From contig NC_057718.1 in the NCBI RefSeq assembly GCF_004010195.1, positions 34,850,198 through 34,870,197 of the forward strand: 20,000 nt of DNA. Direction: 5' to 3'. Below, piece after piece: positions 1 through 10,185 of the stretch. This DNA comes from Chiloscyllium plagiosum (lineage: Eukaryota). The position numbers and the translations under genes are program-made. Every line of letters starts with the position of its first letter. Within the stretch, counting starts at the first letter, position 1. The notes under the pieces were generated by a model that did no database searches, was not told where the DNA came from, and saw nothing but the letters and a program-made list of their open reading frames with translations.

Positions 1-52
1 CCTGTGAATCTTTTAGGTGACACTGGAAAGCAATTGAGGAAATATCTCCAGA
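1..52 (-). CDS. Candidate coding exon E of an unidentified minus-strand gene (SGDISSIAFQCHLKDSQ..., runs to the window edge)
   Basis: Minus-strand acceptor tgtatttgttatattaatag| at 55-53. The phase-0 frame is open to position 1 and matches the phase-0 donor of exon 2913-3064. No donor is visible inside the window. Confidence 0.45.
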
Positions 53-587
53 CTATTAATATAACAAATACAGGTTACATTTGTCAAGTTTTAATTTGAT
101 GCATCATAACACAGTGAACAAAGGGGAGATTTAATTTCATTTTAAGCAACTTTAAACAGGGAAGCTAAATTCAATTTAACAAGGGCTTTGATCAACTGTA
201 TCATGTAAGATTCCCTAATTGAGACTGTAAAAGAAACCATAGATGTTCACATCCTGTTTACTATCTCTAAGATGCTTAGGACACAGTACACTTGATCATT
301 ATCATTTTGACACTTTCCTTGATACCTTACACTATTTAAAATAAAATTATTTTAGTAACAGGAGTAATGTTGTACCAGAGAAGATGTTTTCCTGTAAAGC
401 AGCAAGCTGAGCATACAATCATCCTCCAAACCCCTCAACTTGCTCCACTCAATTTCAAACTTGATGGTCCAGCAGAAATTTTTATTCCAATGCAGACAGT
501 TAGCAAACACCAAACAGCATTTTTAAAAGCAACTCTGGGGATGGCCTTGATTTTACAAGCACTGGCATTCATAATCAAGTTGTTACA

Positions 588-1493
588 TGGATATGAACAC
601 AGGAGATACGGTTAGTAAGTTTGCAGCTGACACCAAAGTGGAAGTGTCATGGACAGCAAAGAAGGTTACCTCAGAGTACAATGGGATCTTGATCAGATAG
701 GCCAATGGGCTGAGGAGTGGCAGGTGGAGTTTAATTTAGATAAATGTGAGGTGCTGTATTTTGGAAAGACAAATCAGGATAGGACTTATACTTAATGGTA
801 AGGTCCTGGGGAGTGTTGCTGAACAAAGGGATCTTGGAGTGCAAGTTCATTGTTCCTTGAAAGTGGAGTTGCAGGTAAGTAGGAGAGTGAAGAAGGCGTT
901 TGGTATACTTGCCTTTATTGGTCAGTGCAATAGGACATTGGTTAGGCCACTTTTGGAATATTGCATTCAATTCTGAAGGATGTTGTGAAACTTGAAAGCG
1001 TTCAGAAAAGACTTACAAGGATGTTGGCAAGGTTGGAGGGTTTAAGCTATAGGGAGAGGCTGAGTAGGCTGGGACTGTTTTCCTTGGAGCGTCAAAGGCT
1101 GAGGGGTGACCTTATAGAGATTTATAAAATCATGAGGTGCATGGATAGGGTAAACAGACAACACCTTTTCCCTGGAGTAGGGGAGTCCAAAACTAGAGGG
1201 TATAGGTTTAAGGCAAGAGGGGAAAGACTTAAAAGAGACCTATGGGGTGACTCTTTCATGCAAAGTGTGGTGCGTGTATGGAATGAGCTGCTAGAGGAAG
1301 TGGTGAAGGCTGATACAATTGCAACATTTAAAAGGCACCTGGATGGGTATATGAATAGGAAGGGTTTATAGGAATATGGGCCAAATGCTGGCAAATGCGA
1401 CTAGATTTATTTTAGATATCTGACAGGTATGAATTGTTGGACCAAAGAGCCTGTTTCTATGTTGTATATCTCTATGACTCTATGACACTATGA
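588..1493 (+). mobile_element. CR1-clade LINE (HER1-like) 3' fragment, 5'-truncated and degenerate; RT C-terminal region plus 3' UTR
   Basis: Reads SKFAADTK...DLDQIGQWAEEWQVEFNLDKCEVLYFG...RDLGVQVH...LVRPLLEYCIQF...LESVQKRLTRM...ERLSRLGLFSLE...RVWNEL...FKRHLDGYM with frameshifts. The 3' UTR ends in (ctctatga/cactatga) short tandem repeats at ~1470-1493. Confidence 0.93.
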
Positions 1494-1541
1494 GCATTGC
1501 AACCTAAGCTATAAGTGCACCCAGAAATCCTTCCTTTGTAT

Positions 1542-1626
1542 GCTACAGTTTTCATTCATCCTTTGAAGTCACGTACTAATGGTTAGATTTAGGCGAGTGC
1601 CTGGATTGAAATGACTGGTTGACTTT
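1542..1626 (-). pseudogene. Degenerate partial duplicate (pseudo-exon) of candidate exon D
   Basis: 85-bp ungapped direct copy of 2950-3034, 71/85 identical by manual alignment. The same frame reads SQPVISIQALA*I*PLVRDFKG*MKTVA versus SQPVILLQALSNILPLVCDFKGHMKTVA. Confidence 0.7.
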
Positions 1627-2267
1627 AACTTTCATTTGTATTTGCTTTAAAAAAAATACTCAGCTACGTCAAAGCCAAAATAAGGAATTCAAAGTTTTGA
1701 AAACAAAAGAACAAACAATCAACTGTATCTACATGAGAATCCTGAAAGATTCCCTAGTTGTGACTGTAACATTCAGGGGCTTGCACCCCTGGAATATTTT
1801 GATGTATTGCATTTCAACCAATGCATTCAGGTCAATTCAAAACACTTTACAATAGCAAGGTGTTTAATTTTAAGTAGAACAAGTGATAATCAAATTTCAA
1901 ACAGAATATATTAGCTCAGACGTTACCTCAATTGTTATTTTCTCAAATCCAACCTCTCTGTCACAGTTACAGTGACATTGCATTCTGTCTACATACCATT
2001 TCATAGAAGCCCTCTAGACCTCCAGCCCTTAATTGTTTTGACCCTCTTTTGTCTTCTTCCACCTTCTGTTTAGTGTGAACCTCCACTGACAACTCAATTC
2101 TGCCATTATCCACTCCGACCCTTTTCACGCTGGTAATCTTTATTGATTTCCTGTACATGTTCATGCTATTTTCCTAGCATGCCTTAAGTAGTTTTCTTCC
2201 TTTGTCCAATTCTCTCAGTTCTTACTGGCATTTCCACACCACCTGTCAATGTTAGGAGGCATGTAAA

Positions 2268-2892
2268 AAAATGCAATAAAAACAGAAATAGCTGGTGAAA
2301 CTCATCAGGTCTGGCAGCATCTGTGGAAAGAAAGCAGAGTCAATGTTTCAGATCCAGTGACACTTCTTCAGATCTCAAGGAGCAGAAGGTCAGAAGTGAT
2401 AGTAAACATTGGACACAAGGTGGGGTTAGGAGAGGGGAGGAAGTTAGAGGGAAGGGTAGAGGAGGAACGTTGCAGAGGGGCATCGGTATCTGTGAGGTGT
2501 TGCATCTTGCACTCCTTAGTGCTTGAAAAAAACAGAAAAAGTTTCTTCTTAGAATGTCAAATGAGCCAGACAGTGAAGTTGAACTGGGGGGAGCAGCAGG
2601 GCAGGTCTGAGCCAGCATGAGGTGGTGCTGATGGAGAGAGAAGTCGAGAGTGTGTATATGGTAACACATGGCTCTGAATGGGAATCTCAGGATGTGGCAA
2701 GAACAGCTGTCTGAGAACTGTTGTACGTCGTGGAGATACCTGTGATCTTGGTTGGATTCGAAACACGAAGGATGAAACTTCAGTTGGAACTGAGTTCTGA
2801 AAAAGGGTCACTGGACTTGAAATGTTAATTCTGCTTTCTCTCTACACATGCTGCCAGACCCACTGACTTTCTCCAGCATTTCATGTTTTTGT
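2268..2892. mobile_element. Penelope-related non-autonomous element with inverted pLTR-like ends
   Basis: 2277-2372 (taaaaacagaaatagctgg...ggcagcatctgtgg...tgtttcagatccagtgacacttcttcaga) is an imperfect reverse complement of 2795-2892 (ttctgaaaaagggtcactggacttgaaatgtt...atgctgccagacc...tccagcatttcatgtttttg). The interior is ~420 bp and purine-rich. Confidence 0.7.
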
Positions 2893-2912
2893 AACAAATG
2901 CATTCTTGTTAC

Positions 2913-3064
2913 CTCAGTTAATCTTGCTATTCTATCAACCAAAAGCAAAGCTACAGTTTTCATATGTCCTTTGAAGTCACATACCAATGGTAAGATATTG
3001 GAGAGTGCCTGAAGCAGAATGACTGGTTGACTTTGGCTTTCTTCAGGTGATTTACAACATTCTT
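2913..3064 (-). CDS. Candidate coding exon D (EECCKSPEESQSQPVILLQALSNILPLVCDFKGHMKTVALLLVDRIARLTE)
   Basis: Tandem acceptor ttgatttttgctcAAG/TAG| (start 3067 or 3064, both phase 1). Donor GAG|GTAACA at 2912. Lies within ORF-track ORF 2808..3164, looks like an amphipathic helical peptide, and its phase matches exon 13811-13884. Confidence 0.65.
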
Positions 3065-4133
3065 CTACTTGAGCAAAAATCAAATGGCTCAACACAGACA
3101 AATGAGAGTCAATTTTGGACCCTTTCCCATTTAAATGACTTAAGATCACATTGACTTGACCCACTGAGCCAACTAGAACCGTGTACCGCTAACCTGTCAT
3201 TTTCCACAGTGTCTCCAACAAGGTACATTTAAAACAGATTTAAGACATGCTAATTTTGCAATATTGGTACATTTTTGTATTTGTCTACATCGTTAAAATG
3301 GTTGACAGTAGGAAAAGATTACTCATTGGTTTTTGACATGAACAATATTTATCTTCTATAATCTAAACATGTGTTACTTAGTATAGTTGTCAAGAACATC
3401 CTGTGACATATCATTTACTGCAGTTTGTAAGCAAGCACGTAATATTTTCTGTAACACTATTATTTAACATACAAGCCCAACAACAACATGCACATATTTC
3501 TGGCCAAAGTTTAGCAAACTGAAGACAGCAGATTGAGAAATCCAGTTCTATTTTCAATGTTATATTTATACACCGTCCATAGCTAGTTCAGCAAGTTTAC
3601 TGCTGTAATGTGTAGTTTGGAAGAAAAAAATGCCCCACCAAATAATACATGAGAATACAGTTTGTGGTATCCACCACAAATGGTTGGGCAATAAATTAAG
3701 TCACTTCATTGCAGAAATTATAGAGATAATCAAAAAGAACAGAACACTGAAAAAGTATCTTCCTGAAGACCTAAAAGTCACTTGCAAAATCACCAAGGTA
3801 AATAGTTCATATATTTCAATCTAGCAATAAGATATGTTTCGCAAAATTTCTCCATGTTGTATAAAGAAATGATTCTGGAAGCGTTAATGTTTGAGACTGC
3901 TTGAAGCAACACCTAATCTGACAATGTCACACAGAGTTGGGTGAGGACAAGAAAAGTCTAATTGGAGATCCTGATGGAGATAAGTATGTCATTGTCTCCT
4001 GACAGCTTTAGTTATTATGTCTAACTCGTCAATGCAACTCAAACATTTTGCTATCGTGCAGCAAACAACATCCTGTTAAGTGTTTTTTCTCATGAAGAAC
4101 TTGTGGTTCATTTTCTACAACTGTTAACAATGA

Positions 4134-4245
4134 GGTCCTTTGGCTCAGTGTGGAAAATAGCATTGCCCTCTGGCCCAGGAGGCCTAGGTTCAAGTCCCAC
4201 ATTCTCCAGAGGTGTATCATAACATGTTTGAACAGGTTGATTAGT
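4134..4245 (+). mobile_element. Old tRNA-derived SINE 5' fragment
   Basis: A-box-like tggctcagtgtgg and B-box-like ggttcaagtccc at tRNA-like spacing, followed by degraded body sequence. Confidence 0.55.
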
Positions 4246-4509
4246 ATAATCTGGAAAAGAAGATTAGTGCCAGTACTCAAACCCAACGGCCACTAGTAGT
4301 GGTTTGTTCTGTAACATATACAATATTGCACAGTCAAGATAACTCAGGAAGGAATGCTTAGGTTAATGACAAATTTAATATCACCATATTTCAACATAAT
4401 CCTCCCAATGTGCAAGGAAATAAATTTTTAAAAATTTACATGAAAGCAACTTGATTTAAATTAAATGGATTTAAAATCAAAATGTTCCTTACAGTTAGCA
4501 GCACCAATA

Positions 4510-4700
4510 AGGCAGGTAATTATTGCCCATCCCTTGTTAACCTGAGAAAATAGTGAACTTCATCCATCATTGCAGTCCTTGTGGTACTGCTGTTGTAACT
4601 ACATATTCATTTCTCATCCAGCAATGTCAAGGAAGTGGCAATATATGTATGTCCACCTCAACCTCCTTTATGACATAAAGGAGATGTTGTGCCTGGGATT
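4510..4700. mobile_element. Degenerate LINE-like repeat fragment
   Basis: attattgcccatccctt...tgagaa...tgcagtccttgtggtac resembles a common shark interspersed repeat; recognised from memory only. Confidence 0.35.
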
Positions 4701-4804
4701 CTGTAGCTTTTGCAGTTAGAATTCTACAATACCGATAAACAAATGGCAAATGGGCATTTTATTAAACTGAATAATTTTAAATGCGTCAGAAATGCACAAA
4801 GGCC

Positions 4805-4918
4805 ATACACTGCAGATGCTAGAAATCTGAAATAAGTACAAAACTGGATAGGAACACCACAGCAGGTGATGCAGCATCTGTGGAGAGAACCAGAATTAAT
4901 GTTCCAGGTCAATGACAT
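4805..4918 (-). mobile_element. Penelope pLTR-derived fragment
   Basis: actgcagatgctagaaatctgaaataa...gcagcatctgtggagagaac...taatgttccaggtc is similar to 2277-2372. Confidence 0.65.
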
Positions 4919-4940
4919 GAATTTTCAACAACAATACTAT

Positions 4941-5254
4941 AGGCAGCAAGGTGGCTCAGTGTTCAGCACTGCTTCCTCAAAGCACGATGGACCCAGGTTC
5001 AACCCTAGCCTTCAGCTACTGCGTGGAGTTTGCACATTCGCCCTGGGTCTGCGTGAGTTTTCTCCCACAGTCCAAAGATGGGCAGATCAGGTGGATTGGC
5101 TCTGCTAAATTGCCCAGTGTCCAACTTAGTGTGGGTTAGCCATGGGAAATACAGGGTTACAGAGATGGGCAGGGGGGTGAGTCTGGGTGGGATGGTCTTT
5201 AGAAAGTTGGTGTGAACTTAATGGACTGTTTCCACATGTAGGGATTTTGTGATC
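4941..5254 (+). mobile_element. HE1-type (V-SINE) SINE, near full length
   Basis: tRNA head ggtggctcagtg...ccaggttcaaccc, central tgcgtggagtttgcacattc...ctcccacagtccaaagatg...gctaaattgccc, and LINE-like tail ctgtttccacatgtagggatt. Confidence 0.9.
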
Positions 5255-5817
5255 TTGTACATAGAATGCCCGTAAAATATTTTAAGAATGTACATTTTGC
5301 TGAAGAACTACAGGCCTGCTGTCAACTCAAGAAGTGAATTAATTTTGCTGCATTATTTTGACATTGTGAGTGCAGTCAGGCCATAAGAATTTTTACAGCA
5401 CCTGAAAATCAACAGCAATGTTTCTGAGTTTAGTACACTGCCATGATAGTTAGAATGGGATTGTTGCAGCTTGGGTAATAAATTTGAAAAATAAATATTT
5501 TGCTTTGCATTTAGCAGTGACAAATGATGGTTGCAACATCACTTTTGCAATCCTGCCAAGAACAGAAAATCATGGTTCTCCAGTCAGTGATTGAATAAAT
5601 TACACAGAGAGAATACAGTCCAGGGAAGTAAACTAGGTCTTGGCCCTCTTAAAGACAGATCAGGTCCTTCCAAAAACGATAGTTCAATGTTATGCAAGAT
5701 TGTTACTTCCTCCTGACAACTTCTAAAAATAGTAATAAAAACAGGAAGTGCTTGAAACATTCACAGACATGTCTTTTTGTTTCCAGCAGGGCATATGTTT
5801 TGATGTGGCCATGTTTA

Positions 5818-6308
5818 TGTTATGTTTCGTATCATGAGGGCATGGGTTTAATGGTATTGAAAGATCTAAGAGATGTTTATTACAGTTCACATGTATGTAG
5901 ACATATTACATTCATAGGCACATATGTGTTTAGCTGAGAGTGTGGTGCTGGAAAAGCACAGTAGGTCAGGCAGCATCTGAGGAGCAGGAGAATTGACATC
6001 AGGCTTATGCCTGAAAATTCGTTTCTCCAGCTCCTTGGATGCTGCCTGACCTGCTGTGCTTTTGCAACACCACACTCTCGACTCTGATCTCCAGCATCTG
6101 CAGTCCTCACTTTCTCCTAATATGTGTCTAGGCCAACTTAACGTGATTCAGTGACAAACAGCATCATGCTTTCATCTGCATCTCAAGCTTCAAGTGGTTC
6201 AAGTTAAGAGAGAATGTGAGATGTATACACCTTCGGACCACATACAATGATGATTGCACAAACACTTCTTTTAACTGGATCTTGACCTACTGATGGTGAG
6301 ACATGACA
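5818..6308 (-). repeat. Putative 3' LTR of the Gypsy element (~290 bp after removing the PLE insert)
   Basis: On the minus strand it begins TGTCATG (6308) just after a degenerate purine-rich tract and ends CATAACA (5818), a 6/7 inverted match. AATAAA lies at 5881-5876. It is ~150 bp downstream of the integrase end. No second LTR was found to confirm it. Confidence 0.45.
5934..6119. mobile_element. Palindromic Penelope pLTR-derived insert with 12-bp TSD
   Basis: Arms 5936-5992 and 6023-6079 are imperfect reverse complements. Flanked by atatgtgtttag (5922-5933) and atatgtgtctag (6120-6131). Confidence 0.85.
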
Positions 6309-6849
6309 TGTCACCGTTTGTTCCAAAGGTAAGTAAAAAACCAAAACAGATAGTCATGATATTATATAGGCATGTTTTTTCAATTTCATAATTTTACAAA
6401 CAGGTGAAAAAACAGTATTTACAAGCTTAACAATTCAAATTACAATATCACACTTTGTAAATTTGATATCGCATCCTGATCTGGTGATTGCGTGCCAATC
6501 TGGAGAAATACATGTTGCACTTGTTTGACAGCTTGGTTCTCTAGCTGCTGATTGTTGTCACTGAACATCATCTCTCAGTCATCATTGTCAGAGCTCTCTT
6601 CTTCAATCTGTTTGTGCATGGTTTGTCTGAGCTGACTTGTGCACTTTCGTAATGTGGTCAGCAATGATTTTGTATGATCTCAGCTGGTTGCAAAGTTTAG
6701 CAACCTTTGCTGGTGTCCAAGTATTTGTATTTAAATGCTGAGGAAGGTGCAAATGAGAAGTTTGAAGGTTGGAAATAGATTGGCTGCGCTGGAAGAAACC
6801 CATACAAAAGAGGACCTCGGGCTGTGGTGTGGGAAACAAACATAAAGGA

Positions 6850-7082
6850 GGTTGTTCACATTTTGTTTGCCTCTCTTTATTTTCTTTTTTGTCTCAGCAC
6901 AGTCTGCATTTAATCTATTCACTCCTTCCCCAACACACACATCTTCAGAATAAATACCACCTTTTCCCAGTGACTTTCGGTTCTGATGAAGGTCACTGGC
7001 CCTGAAACATTAACTCTGTTTCTCTCTTTACAGATGCTTCCAAACCTGCTGAATTTCTCCATCACTTTCTGCTTTTGTTTGA
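6850..7082 (+). mobile_element. Penelope pLTR-derived fragment inserted in the Gypsy integrase; carries a hammerhead core
   Basis: ggttCTGATGAaggtcactggccctGAAACATTaactctgtttctctctttacagatgct..., the same family as 2795-2892. Confidence 0.7.
6979..7015 (+). ncRNA. Minimal type I hammerhead ribozyme motif (PLE-associated)
   Basis: CUGAUGA (6983-6989), short stem II, GAAAC (7004-7008), NUH triplet AUU, and helix I GGUU/AACU. Confidence 0.5.
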
Positions 7083-7527
7083 TCTAGTAGATTATTTGAG
7101 TGTGGATTTTGGGGTGATATGGGTCACTCTCCCTAACACACATGTCCTGAAGCAGTTTGCTAGTGAACTGTGCTCTACTGTTAGACATTATTATTCCAGG
7201 ACACCAAACAAACTAAAGATAATGCTCAAAATTTCAGTGGTTGCACTCATTGTGTTGCTAACTCAAATTAAACAATGGTAGTTTGGAGATATAATGCGTC
7301 AGGAATGTAATGTTCTTGATGCATTGTGAATCGGCCTGTTGCTACCTTCATGTAAAGAGTGGATGGAACATCATGTGGAGATTGACACTCCCTCATGCAT
7401 TTTGGCATCAGATCATAAGATATAGGAGCAGAAGTAGACCATTCAGCCCATCGAGTCTGCTCCACCATTCAATGAGATCTGATAATTCTCAACGCCATTT
7501 TTCTGCCTTGTCCCTACAATCCTTGAA

Positions 7528-7771
7528 GTTCTGTTTATCCCGGTTTTGACTACAGCACAGACCTTACAAATCTTTCCTATTCATTATTTGTCCAAATTTC
7601 TTTTAAACATTATTAATGACCCACCTCAACCACTTCCACTGGAAGCTCATTGCATATGTGTACCACTGTCTGTGTGAAAAGGTTGCCCTCCAGGTTCCCT
7701 TTTATTCTTTCCCCTCCACCCTTAAACTGATGCCCTCTAGTCCGCGATTCCCCAACTCTGGGAAAAAGACT
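7528..7771 (-). mobile_element. Second CR1-subfamily 3' fragment nested in the first CR1
   Basis: tttgtccaaatttcttttaaac...accacttccactggaagctcatt...accactgtctgtgtgaaaa...tgccctctagt...tccccaactctgggaaaaagactg is antisense-homologous to ~1160-1355. Confidence 0.7.
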
Positions 7772-8012
7772 GATAACAACTCAACTTTGACAGCCTTGTG
7801 CAGTAAAGCATCCCACAAATTCAATCCCCTCTAAAAGAAATAATTCCTCCTCCTCTCTGTCATAAATGGATGATCCTGAGATTACGCCCCTCTGGACTTA
7901 GATTCTCCCAGAAAAAATAACAATTTGTCAGCCTTGTTAAGGCTATAAATAATCTTATATCTTTTAATAAGGTTGCCTCTCATTCTTCTAAACACCAATA
8001 AATATATGTCCA

Positions 8013-8750
8013 AGAGTGTGGCACTGGAAAAGCACAGCTGATCAGGCAGCATCTGAGGAGCAGGAGAGTCAACATTTCAAGTATAAGCTCTTCATCAGGA
8101 TTGAGGGGGTGGCCTAAGGGAGCTGAGAGATAAATGGGAGGGGGTGGGGCAGGGCTGGTGGGAAGGTAGCTGGGAATGTGATAAGCAGGTGAAGGTGGGG
8201 ATGAAGATGATAGGTTGGAGAGGAGGGTGAAGCAGATAGATGTAGGTTGGAGAGGGTGAAGCAGATAGATGGGAAAGAAGATGGACAGGTCAGATAGGTC
8301 AAGAGGATGGTGCTGTGTTGGAAGGTTGGATCTGGGATAAGGTGGTGGGAGGGGAAATGAGGAAATTGGTGAAATCCACATTGATCCTGTGTGGTTGCAG
8401 GGTCCCAAGATGGAAGGTGAGGCATTCTTCCTCCAGGCAGCAGGTGGCTAGAGTTTGGCGATGGAGGAGGCCCAGGACCTGCATGTCCTTGGCAGAGTGG
8501 GAGGGGGAGTTGAAGGTTCGGCCACAGGCCAATAGGGCTGATTAGTGCATGTGTCCCAGAGATATTCTCGGAAACGTTTGCAAGTTGGTGTCCTGTCTCC
8601 CCAGTGTAGAAGACCCCCTCATTCCTGATGAAGAGCTTATGCTTGAAACGTTGGTTCTCCTGCTCCTTGGATGCTGCCTGACTGGTTGTGCTTTTCCAAC
8701 GCCACATTCTTTGACTCTGATCTCCAGCATCTGCAGGTCTCATTTTCCCC
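8013..8750 (-). mobile_element. Penelope-like element 3' fragment: GIY-YIG endonuclease remnant with inverted pLTRs
   Basis: Minus-strand GVFYTGETGHQL (YIGET-like) and FNSPSHSAKDMQVLGLLH..LEEECLTFHLGTLQPHRINVDFTNF. The termini 8013-8102 and 8620-8750 are inverted copies. Confidence 0.88.
8621..8655 (+). ncRNA. Minimal hammerhead ribozyme motif in pLTR (inverted partner at 8068-8100 on the minus strand)
   Basis: CUGAUGA (8625-8631), a, stem II GAGC-uuau-GCUU, GAAAC, GUU. Confidence 0.5.
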
Positions 8751-10029
8751 TAAGTCTATGCTAGGCCTAGTCAACCTATCCTCATAAGAAAATGCCTCCA
8801 TGCTGGAATTAACCTGGTGAGCCTTCTTTGGATTGCCTCCAATGCCAATCCATCTTTCCTTAGACTGAAGACCAAAAGTGTGCTCAATTTTTTATGGATG
8901 GGCTAATTAGTGGTTTTTATGATTTTCACAAGACTTCCCTTTGAAATAAAGGCCAGAGCTCCATTTGTCTTTCCTACTGTCTGCTGAACTTGGATGCTAG
9001 CCTTTTTGTAATTCTCATATGCATTCACGTGTCATTAAATATCCTGATTAATCCCTGGCCATTGCAGATTCATGTGCTAATCATTTTGTGCATTCAATAC
9101 CCTTGTTTCTCTGGTGTAAACAGATATGATATCCTTGTGTGATGGTATTTCAGTGTTCGGACTTGATAGCCCTTGAAGATGATATTCTAAAATCATCCCT
9201 ATATGACCAAAATGAACAAATATTCTCAGGTCATGCCAAGCTTAGATAATTATCTCTTGTAGTTGCCCATCATTAATAATTGCTGATTGCAACTGCTCAT
9301 TCTGATTGTGATCAAAGTGTAACAGCTCCACCTCAAGAACATCTTCAACTTCAACCAATATGATTGCTTCACGTATGGTCTATTCTGCCATAGTACAGGT
9401 GAGTTGAATATCATGAATTGTGACCATTCTGAGATCTGAACATGGTGGTAGCCTTGTCATCTACCGTGTAAGAGATTTCAGGAAGCCAACATGAGCTTGC
9501 ATATAGCGACGGCAGTGTAATTCTGTCAAGGCATGGAATTAGTGATCCATTACGCACTGCGAGCATGTCTCTAATGAACAGTACCATGGGGCATCACTTG
9601 CTGAGGTACATGTCTTTCAGGAGGTTGTAGTGGTTATAAGTTGGCACTAGTTCCAGAGTTGATTTTTGCTTTTGAGATGTCTTACTTTTCCAGAACATAT
9701 GATATTAATGGTAGTAAAAGTTTATAACTGCTTCTTACTGTCGACATGATATGTAACATTAACAATATGGAATGCTTGGTCATTCTTCTGAAATTTACCT
9801 TTAGTTTTGTTGCCACTGATGTGTTTACATTTGTAAACTTCCATAAAACTTTCCTTGCTATAGTCACCTGGTTTTCATTCTAGGTCTGGCATGGCCTTGG
9901 AACCAGATTTCCTGCACATACATACCCAATACCCTTTGGTGCCACATGCTTCACAGATGCTACTAAAAGCTGGATAGTTTGTGGGTGGGTGTGACAAAGC
10001 ACAACTGTTCCAGATTTTGTGGTTTGTTA

Positions 10030-10185
10030 TGCTTTGCTGAGTTTCCCTTTTATTCTTCTTTTCCCCCACTTCCTCCTTTCAATTACAGAAAACCTACCAC
10101 ATTTCTACCATGCTTCAGTTCCAAAGAAGTGTCATATTCATCTCATAGTATTAACTCGGTTTCTTTCTCCAGAGATGCTGCCACT
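10030..10185 (+). mobile_element. Degenerate Penelope pLTR-derived fragment abutting the Gypsy gag remnant
   Basis: cagttccaaagaagtgtcata...tattaactcggtttctttctccagagatgctgcc is similar to 6975-7045; the hammerhead core has decayed. Confidence 0.6.

Larger units (their letters stand above)
7407..9015 (-). mobile_element. CR1-clade LINE 3' fragment, split by a second CR1 piece (7528-7771) and a PLE (8013-8750)
   Basis: Tail atcataagatataggagcagaagtagaccattcagcccatcgagtctgctcc at 7412-7463. CR1 RT-like antisense sequence at 7772-8010 resumes at 8751-9015 (tcaacctatcctcataagaaaat...ttgaaataaaggcc). Confidence 0.8.
5818..10030 (-). mobile_element. Degenerate Ty3/Gypsy LTR retrotransposon (gag zinc knuckle - protease - integrase - putative 3' LTR), RT/RNase H absent, interrupted by nested insertions
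   Basis: Minus-strand motifs occur in Gypsy order: NSCALSHPPTNYPAFSSICEACGTKGYWVCMCRKS (10009-9906); protease-like AKINSGTSANL (around 9663-9640) then NGSLIPC; FWSYRDDF, IIFKGYQV, GIECTK*LAHES, WPGINQDI (~9210-9038); PHDVPSTLYMKVAT, IFSLFGVLE, MSNSRAQFTS, VTHIT (~7390-7115); WTPAKV..RSYKI (6719-6666); ITRSG (6488-6474). Confidence 0.8.

Noticed and set aside
367..615. 82-aa plus-strand ORF
   Set aside because: No recognisable motif or splice context, and it runs into the CR1 boundary. This length is expected by chance.
961..1371. 136-aa ORF as a host gene
   Set aside because: It is the C-terminal part of a frameshifted CR1 ORF2.
3630..3824. Plus-strand ORF and minus-strand acceptor ttttag| at ~3771
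   Set aside because: The minus-strand phase-0 frame stops after 24 codons without a good donor, and it does not fit the phase-1 chain.
6130..6334. Strong plus-strand donor AAG|GTAAGT at ~6329
   Set aside because: Upstream frames contain stops, and the region is better explained as the Gypsy LTR/PPT boundary.
8114..8743. 209-aa Pro/His-rich minus-strand ORF
   Set aside because: It is a read-through of pLTR, frameshifted GIY-YIG remnant and the C-rich PLE 3' region, not a gene.
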